Assembly (NCBI GenBank): GCA_963709585.1
Contig: CAVPXI010000007.1
Coordinates: forward strand, 192,001-256,000
Reading direction: 5' to 3'
DNA from: Candidatus Dormiibacterota bacterium
GTDB taxonomy: Bacteria; Chloroflexota; Dormibacteria; Aeolococcales; Aeolococcaceae
Length of the DNA stretch: 64,000 nt
Shown piece by piece: positions 58,096 to 64,000 of the stretch. A program made the translations under genes and the position numbers. How positions within the stretch are numbered: position 1 is the stretch's first letter; each line of letters starts with the position of its first letter. The notes under the pieces were generated by a model. It did no database searches, was not told the origin of the DNA, and saw nothing but the letters and a program-made list of their open reading frames with translations.

Positions 58096-59520
58096 ATGAG
58101 TCTTTTCGTGGTGCGCCACCAGCACTCCGCGGACCGGTGCCCCGCCGCCGACTTCGAAACGGGTGCCGGATTGCTCAACCATCTCAGCAAGACCAACGCA
58201 CGTCGCCACGGTGTGCGCATTCGCGGCGATGCCGTGCTCGCCGCCCACACGCTGCTGATCATCGCCGAAGCCGATAACGAGGATGTCCTGCATGAGTTCC
58301 TTCGGCCGTTCGAGGCAGCTGGTACCGTCAGCGTGGAGTCGGCGTCGACGTGCGCGCAGGTGGTGGCGGGGGGCGGATGTGAAGGGATCGCGCCTGCGCT
58401 CGACCCTGCGGTGCCGGCACTCGATCCTGAGGAAGCCTGCGAGGAGGCTCTCGACGCCGGCCTCGTCGTACACCGAGCCCACCCGCTCAACTGCGAGACA
58501 CCACTTCCTGCGCTGATGGGAGGTGTGGTCATGCCGAATGCCCGGTTCTACATTCGCAACCACTTCCAGATCCCAAACCTCAACTCGGCCACTTGGCAAC
58601 TCGAAATCAGCGGCCTGGTTGAGCGGCCGCTCTCGCTCGACCTTGCGCAATTGCGAGCCCTCCCATCCCAGAGCGCCGTCGTCACGCTGGAATGCGCCGG
58701 CAATGGTCGAGCCGGCTTCGAGCCGCGGGTGCCCGGCGAGCAGTGGGGTGTTGGCGCGGTGAGCACCGCAGAGTGGACCGGCGTTCTGCTGACAGAGGTG
58801 CTGGAACGGGCCGGTGTACAGCGCGCCGCCCGAGGCGTGGTGTTCCGGGGCAGTGACAGCGGTGAGGTCGAAGCACGCGTTGGCTCAGTGCACTTCGAGC
58901 GGAGCCTGTCCATCGATGAACTCACCACATCGGGCGCGCTCTTGGCGTATGCCATGAATGGCGAGCAACTGCCTGTACACCACGGGTATCCGCTGCGCCT
59001 CGTGGTGCCAAGCTGGTACGCGGTGGCCTCGGTGAAATGGTTGACCCACATCGAGCTGATCGACCGGCCCTTCGATGGCCACTTCCAGATCGACCGGTAC
59101 CACATCGACGGGGAGCCGCTGAGCCTCCTGCAGGTCCGAGCTCTCATCATTGAGCCGAGGCCGGGCCAGCCGGTCGAGCCGGGACAGGTGGTGATCCGAG
59201 GCGTCGCATGGTCGGGGGCCGCGCCCATCGAGCAGGTCGAGTTGAGCATCGATGGTGGCTCCTGGCAGCCGGCATCCCTGATTGGGGAGCGCCGCAGGCA
59301 CAGCTGGCAATGGTGGGAGCGGGCAGTGCGGCTCGACAGCATCGATGGGAACGTCGTGATTCGGGCCCGGGCAACCGATCTGGCAGGGCGGACGCAGCCT
59401 GACCACCCAAGCTGGAACCGGCTCGGCTATGCCAACAATGCTGTCCAGGAGGTGCACGTCACCGTGCGCTCATCGGTCGTATCAGCGGATCCGGCACAAA
59501 CTCAAGACGCAGATCGCTAG
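58096..59520 (+). CDS. Sulfite oxidase-family molybdoenzyme with an extra N-terminal domain
   Basis: FYIRNH, TLECAGNGR, HGYPLRLVVP, SVKWL, GVAWSG, RARATD..WNRLGY. Confidence 0.9.
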   Translation: MSLFVVRHQHSADRCPAADFETGAGLLNHLSKTNARRHGVRIRGDAVLAAHTLLIIAEADNEDVLHEFLRPFEAAGTVSVESASTCAQVVAGGGCEGIAPALDPAVPALDPEEACEEALDAGLVVHRAHPLNCETPLPALMGGVVMPNARFYIRNHFQIPNLNSATWQLEISGLVERPLSLDLAQLRALPSQSAVVTLECAGNGRAGFEPRVPGEQWGVGAVSTAEWTGVLLTEVLERAGVQRAARGVVFRGSDSGEVEARVGSVHFERSLSIDELTTSGALLAYAMNGEQLPVHHGYPLRLVVPSWYAVASVKWLTHIELIDRPFDGHFQIDRYHIDGEPLSLLQVRALIIEPRPGQPVEPGQVVIRGVAWSGAAPIEQVELSIDGGSWQPASLIGERRRHSWQWWERAVRLDSIDGNVVIRARATDLAGRTQPDHPSWNRLGYANNAVQEVHVTVRSSVVSADPAQTQDADR

Positions 59521-59546
59521 TACGCGCACTGAAAGGTCGGTCCCGC

Positions 59547-60077
59547 TCAAATCACCTCAATCGCGGCGGGATTGCGTAGACATTCAGCGTGGTCGTGATG
59601 GGCCGCGAAGGTCATGCCCGTGCCAGGCTCACCTGTACCAAAGAGGATCCCCGCATAACAAACGATGGCAACTCCCGTGGCCAGGGCCATGACGAGTGAC
59701 TCTCCATTTCCAGAGTCGCCAACAAACCGAGTTCCCGCCAGCCACGCGAGGAGGATGGCCAACAAGGCGGCGCCGGTGACCGTCATCAGCACTCCGCGCC
59801 GCAACAAACTCGCGCGCACAACCGCGGAGATGCCCGTGATCAGCAGCAATGTTCCCAGCAGTGCATGCAGAGTCAGCGCCACGGGTCCATTCGTTACCGC
59901 TGCGCCAAAAGCGGAAAGGAGAGTCTTACCGGCATCCGACGACGGAAGTGTTGAATACAGATTCACAGCAACACCGAGAGCAAACTCGATGACAAGCATC
60001 ACAACGGCTGCCAACGAGTTGGTGCGCAATCCGCTGATACGCGTTCTCTTGCTTGACGCGGGGCTAATCGCGCTCAT
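59547..60077 (-). CDS. 4-TM membrane protein
   Basis: ATGA overlap with the SDR stop; four hydrophobic segments. Confidence 0.7.
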   Translation of the reverse strand: MSAISPASSKRTRISGLRTNSLAAVVMLVIEFALGVAVNLYSTLPSSDAGKTLLSAFGAAVTNGPVALTLHALLGTLLLITGISAVVRASLLRRGVLMTVTGAALLAILLAWLAGTRFVGDSGNGESLVMALATGVAIVCYAGILFGTGEPGTGMTFAAHHDHAECLRNPAAIEVI

Positions 60078-60901
60078 ACCATTACCTTGCCACCGGCGAC
60101 GTCGAGTGTCACGCCGGTAATCCACGATGATGCATCCGATGCAAGGAAGAGGGTTGCTGCTGCGACATCTTCAGGCTGGCCGATACGTCCCAAAGGGAAA
60201 GAAGCGCCAAGGGCGATGCGCTGTTCTTCGGATACCCACGATCGCATCCGGTCGTTTTCGATTGCCGATGGTGCGATGCAGTTGACACGAATCCCGGCAT
60301 TGCCGAACTCGCCGGCCAGGTGGCGCGTCAACGCAATAACGCCGGCCTTGGCGGCCGCATACGCGGCGGAAGACTTCGCCGCTTGCCTCGCCGCCGACGA
60401 GGCCATCGTGATGATGACGCCGGAATTGCGCTCAAGCATGCCGGGCAGAAACGCCGACACGGTGAGAAATGTCGACGTGAGATCCGTCTCCACGACCTCG
60501 CGCCAGTGCGCACCATTCTCCTGCTCCGTGGCAACAGGCATGCCATTCCCGCCGGCAAACGCCGCGAGAATGTCTGCGCGTCCGAACTCCGCGCTGACCG
60601 CTTGTTGAAGCGCGCCGACATCGGTATCCACAGTGCAATCGGCAATCACACCGAGTGCTTGACCCCCTGACCTGCGAACCGCCCGAACGCTGTTGTCGAC
60701 GGCAGCCTTGTCACGTCCGACAATGACGACGGAAACGCCGTTCGCGGCCAGAGCCAAAGCGGCGGCGGCGCCGATTCCCCGAGACCCTCCGGTTACAACC
60801 GCGACTTTGCCGTCCAGATCCGGATAGGTTGCCGATTTGAGCTGTCGCGGAGCGACCACCGGCGTCACCGTGCTCCTCCGCGCGACGCCTCGTTCATTCA
60901 T
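60074..60901 (-). CDS. Short-chain dehydrogenase/reductase
   Basis: TGGSRGIG, YAAAK, IRVNCIAP, PLGRIGQPEDVA. Confidence 0.92.
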   Translation of the reverse strand: MNERGVARRSTVTPVVAPRQLKSATYPDLDGKVAVVTGGSRGIGAAAALALAANGVSVVIVGRDKAAVDNSVRAVRRSGGQALGVIADCTVDTDVGALQQAVSAEFGRADILAAFAGGNGMPVATEQENGAHWREVVETDLTSTFLTVSAFLPGMLERNSGVIITMASSAARQAAKSSAAYAAAKAGVIALTRHLAGEFGNAGIRVNCIAPSAIENDRMRSWVSEEQRIALGASFPLGRIGQPEDVAAATLFLASDASSWITGVTLDVAGGKVMV

Positions 60902-60938
60902 CCTTTACAGTATACACTGTGTAAGGTAGAATACAACC
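60902..60938. promoter_or_regulatory. Overlapping divergent leaderless promoters with a putative TetR operator
   Basis: Plus strand TTTACA-17-TAGAAT-6-ATG; minus strand TATACT-7-ATG; inverted repeat ACAGT-ATAC-ACTGT (60907-60920). Confidence 0.8.
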
Positions 60939-61571
60939 ATGTCCCCTCGCCCCTACCGGATGACGCGCCGCCAAGACCTGGTGGACTCGACGCGCGGCAG
61001 GATCCTGGACGCGGCTCTCGCGGTCCTCGTGAGCGGCAAGCGTTTCTCCATCGACGCGGTCGCACGAGAGGCCAAGGTGACCCGAGTGACCGTGTACGAC
61101 CGCTTTGGCACACGCGAAGCACTGGTGGAGAGCACGTTTGACCACCTCGCGGAGACCGGGGGGCTCACATTGTTGCCGCGAGCGTTCACGCCAGCGGATC
61201 CGCTGGACGCGCTCACGGACTTCGTCACCATCTTCTGCGGCTTCTACTCCGTCCACCGTGCCGCCCTTCGCCGGCTCCACGCACTCGGTGCCTTGGGACA
61301 GGACGCCGAACGGCACACGGATCGGAATACTCGTCGTCTGCGCGGCCTTCAGGTGCTTCTTGGACGAATCGCCGACGCGGGATTTCCTGGAGCACGTGAA
61401 CCCGAGGCGGCGCGCGTGGCACATGCACTGACCAGCTTTGCCTTCGTCGACGAGCTCGCCGGCTTCGCGCGCGACCCCGTAGAGGTAGCGCCAACCGTGG
61501 TGGCGCTCATCCACCACGCGGCTCACGTCGGTGATCGTGGCTCAACGCCGGTCCTAGAGATGAAGTCATGA
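60939..61571 (+). CDS. TetR-family regulator
   Basis: TRGRILDAA..SIDAVAREAKVTRVTVYDRFGTREAL. Confidence 0.92.
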   Translation: MSPRPYRMTRRQDLVDSTRGRILDAALAVLVSGKRFSIDAVAREAKVTRVTVYDRFGTREALVESTFDHLAETGGLTLLPRAFTPADPLDALTDFVTIFCGFYSVHRAALRRLHALGALGQDAERHTDRNTRRLRGLQVLLGRIADAGFPGAREPEAARVAHALTSFAFVDELAGFARDPVEVAPTVVALIHHAAHVGDRGSTPVLEMKS

Positions 61572-61978
61572 GCGCGACAGGCAAGAGCAAGAATGCATTG
61601 GCCAACGTCATTGTCGGCCTCCTCGTCGTGATGGCCATCACCCTTGCCACGGCCTCGACTATTCATTTCGGCGTGGCGGTCGCCGGCGTCGATGATCGGT
61701 TCCCAGGTGCCGCGTTGCCCGAGGCGATCATCTCCGTCGTGGTGCTGGCGGGCGCCGCAGTAGCAGCACTGCGCGTTTCGCACGCTTGGGGCTGGGCGTT
61801 GGCCGCTACGTTCGTCGCCATCGTGGGCTTTCTGGTGGGACTGCGTTTCACCCTTTTCGGAGGCCGCCCGGTGGTCTCCGGCGATGTCGCGTACCACCTC
61901 GCAGGACTGCTGGTCCTTCTCGCTATCGCTGGATTGCTCCTTTCCCCACGCGGGCGCGTGGCGCTTCGCAGAGCCTAG
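61568..61978 (+). CDS. 4-TM membrane protein
   Basis: ATGA overlap with tetR; four hydrophobic segments. Confidence 0.7.
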   Translation: MSATGKSKNALANVIVGLLVVMAITLATASTIHFGVAVAGVDDRFPGAALPEAIISVVVLAGAAVAALRVSHAWGWALAATFVAIVGFLVGLRFTLFGGRPVVSGDVAYHLAGLLVLLAIAGLLLSPRGRVALRRA

Positions 61979-62117
61979 GCATGTAACGAGTGCCTTCCAA
62001 TCACCAGTGCGCGAAGATCGCATGCCGAGAGGGATCTTGTGGAACTGCCTAGCGAGGTAACGTGAGAGCCGTGGCGCCTCTGTCAATGCAGCAATTCAGG
62101 CGCGCGTGGAGGTTGGC

Positions 62118-62732
62118 ATGACGAGCATTGCGGTCATCGGCTCAGGGAAGATCGGCGGAGGATTGGCGAAGAAGTGGGCAGCCGCGGGGCACGCGGTGAC
62201 CTTCGGAGCGCGTTCCCCGAGCAAGCCCGCGCTCGTGGATCTGGCGGAGAAGATCGGGGCCAAGCGCGATGAGATAGAAGGTGCCGTCCGGCACAGCGAG
62301 ATCGTGCTCTTCGCGATACCTGGCAACGAGATGGCGGAGACCCTGTCGCGTCTGGGGAGCCTGCTCAACGACAAGCTGGTGGTCGATGCTGCCAACAACG
62401 TGAGAGCCGAGCACATGCACAGTGCGGTCGCAGTTGCGGAGGCGGCACCCGGGGCAGCGTACTACAGGGCGTTCAGCTGCTACGGATGGGAGCAAATCGA
62501 GCGACCGGATGTCGACGGAACTCAGGCCGACGGGTTCTATTGCGGACCCGATGGCGCCCCTCGTGTCACGATTGAGCAGTTGATCGCCGATGTTGGATTT
62601 CGGCCTGTACGGGTGGGCGGTCCAGAGGATGTCGATGTCGTGGACGGGTTGCTCCGTCTTTGGTTCACGATGGTGATGAAGCACGGGCACAGCCGGCGTT
62701 TGGCCTTCAAGGTGCTCGAGGAGAGAGGCTGA
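62118..62732 (+). CDS. NADPH-dependent F420 reductase-like dinucleotide-binding oxidoreductase
   Basis: IAVIGSGKIGGGLA, VVDAAN, LIADVGF; GGAGG RBS. Confidence 0.85.
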   Translation: MTSIAVIGSGKIGGGLAKKWAAAGHAVTFGARSPSKPALVDLAEKIGAKRDEIEGAVRHSEIVLFAIPGNEMAETLSRLGSLLNDKLVVDAANNVRAEHMHSAVAVAEAAPGAAYYRAFSCYGWEQIERPDVDGTQADGFYCGPDGAPRVTIEQLIADVGFRPVRVGGPEDVDVVDGLLRLWFTMVMKHGHSRRLAFKVLEERG

Positions 62733-63108
62733 TCGCGGCCGAGGCTACGCCTTGGGTGCGCCCTCACGCACTATCGCCCTGGCCGACGCACGCCCGCGAA
62801 GCGCGGTTGGCTGATCCAGGATTCGAAGGCTTCATTCTGATTCGAACGCATTTCGTTGAACGGCGACTTCGATGCTCATGATCGAGTGCCTGATACCCAG
62901 CGGTGACTGAGGGTTTTCTGCCAAGCGTCGAGCGACTGGCTGACATCGATGAATGCCAAATTGTCCGCTCTACCGCCAGCGCCTGTCCAGGGGCCTGCTG
63001 AACTCCGGCGGGTGAGCTAACCCGACGACCCCGGTCTTGAGGATCGACTGATCCATGCACGCGGCGGTCATCGGCCTCCCAGGATGGCCACTCCCTGGCT
63101 CCGTGGCA

Positions 63109-63708
63109 CTACCGATGGGCAGCTGCCGCCGGGTCCTCGCCTGCGCCGCCCGCCGAAACCCAGTTCGAGGTGACGACGGTGGTCCGAGCGATGTCCGGAT
63201 CCGTGAAGACGTCGAGATCGTCACGGCTCTGCGTGGAGAACTCCGAGACGATCGCGCCGTCTGGTCCCGCCTGGAACCAGTGCAGCGTGTTCGGCGGGAC
63301 GAGGTGTTGCTCACCCGGCCGAAGGATCACCTCGTGCCAGACCGTGTACGCGCCCCGGTCTGCCTTTGCCGGCCAGCAGCTGGGCTGCTCCGCCGGCGGG
63401 CCCTCGAGGTAGAGGTACACCAGGCCCTTGCGGCATCGGAACGTCTCCTCCTTGCCGGGAGTGCCTTCGAAGGGGGGGTGGCGATGCTCGGGGCAGGTCT
63501 GTCCGGGGAACATCACGATCTCCTTGGCACAGACACGATCCGTGTTGACGTACACGACGACCTCCAGCCCCGTCTGATCCAGCTCTGAGAGGCCGAAGTC
63601 GGCCACCTCGATGCTGTCGCGCTCCAGGTCGGTGAGAACGAACCCCGCTTCGTCGAGCAGCTTCGCAGCTCGCCGCCGCGCGTCCTGGATCTGCTCGTGT
63701 GTCAACAC
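63109..63708 (-). CDS. D-lyxose/D-mannose family sugar isomerase (cupin)
   Basis: CAKEI..GQTCPEHRHP..GKEETFRCR..HWFQAG..VSEFST..DVFTDP. Confidence 0.88.
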   Translation of the reverse strand: MLTHEQIQDARRRAAKLLDEAGFVLTDLERDSIEVADFGLSELDQTGLEVVVYVNTDRVCAKEIVMFPGQTCPEHRHPPFEGTPGKEETFRCRKGLVYLYLEGPPAEQPSCWPAKADRGAYTVWHEVILRPGEQHLVPPNTLHWFQAGPDGAIVSEFSTQSRDDLDVFTDPDIARTTVVTSNWVSAGGAGEDPAAAAHR

Positions 63709-63722
63709 AGTTCGTGAATACC

Positions 63723-64000
63723 TTAGTGCGTTGCCATCTGCCGGAACACCTGCTGCCGATCCGGGATGCCAGCCGAGCAGCCCAGCGCGGTGCATGCGAG
63801 GGCGCCGACCTCACTTGCGAACATGAGTGACCGCTCCAAGGGCCAGCCCTCAAGGATGCCGGCGATCAGCCCCGCTGCGAACGCATCGCCGGCTCCTGAG
63901 CCGTCAACGACCTCCACGTTCGGAGCGGTGAGCTGCCGGCTGTAGGTCGCGGAGCGAACGAATAGCCCCTCTGAGCCCATCGTGATGACCGCGGTCTTGG
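63723..64000 (-). CDS. PfkB-family carbohydrate kinase, 3' end (partial)
   Basis: VVDGSGAGDAFAAG PfkB signature. Confidence 0.85.
   Translation of the reverse strand, partial: KTAVITMGSEGLFVRSATYSRQLTAPNVEVVDGSGAGDAFAAGLIAGILEGWPLERSLMFASEVGALACTALGCSAGIPDRQQVFRQMATH

Overview
High-GC bacterial chromosomal window. The gene content (sortase-like anchor, leaderless promoters, IPT and Big_3 surface proteins) suggests a monoderm soil organism such as Dormibacterota, Chloroflexota or Actinomycetota; this is inference only. I saw no rRNA, tRNA, CRISPR array, transposase or phage gene. Layout: amine-catabolic operon (gdh end, agmatinase-family, NCS1 permease, amidase; 1-4 kb); a STAND-like ATPase regulator split by an in-frame TAG; a run of small stress and ligand-binding genes (8-15 kb); a 15-43 kb c-di-GMP and cell-surface region with four GGDEF-EAL hybrids, a FIST sensor, a secreted S8 protease ending in 12 G(A/S)SWS repeats, an S53-IPT protease and a 17-Ig-repeat adhesin; tryptophanase; a segmental duplication with DosR-like boxes around an aldehyde dehydrogenase; a PHA module (phaB, phaC, XRE repressor, phasin-like gene); then mixed metabolic genes. 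About 10 single-base frameshifts in otherwise intact genes point to long-read assembly errors. Best candidate for an undescribed system: the co-oriented cassette FIST > GAF-GGDEF-EAL > Trp-pentapeptide-repeat S8 protease > membrane GAF-GGDEF-EAL (20.4-28.7 kb).
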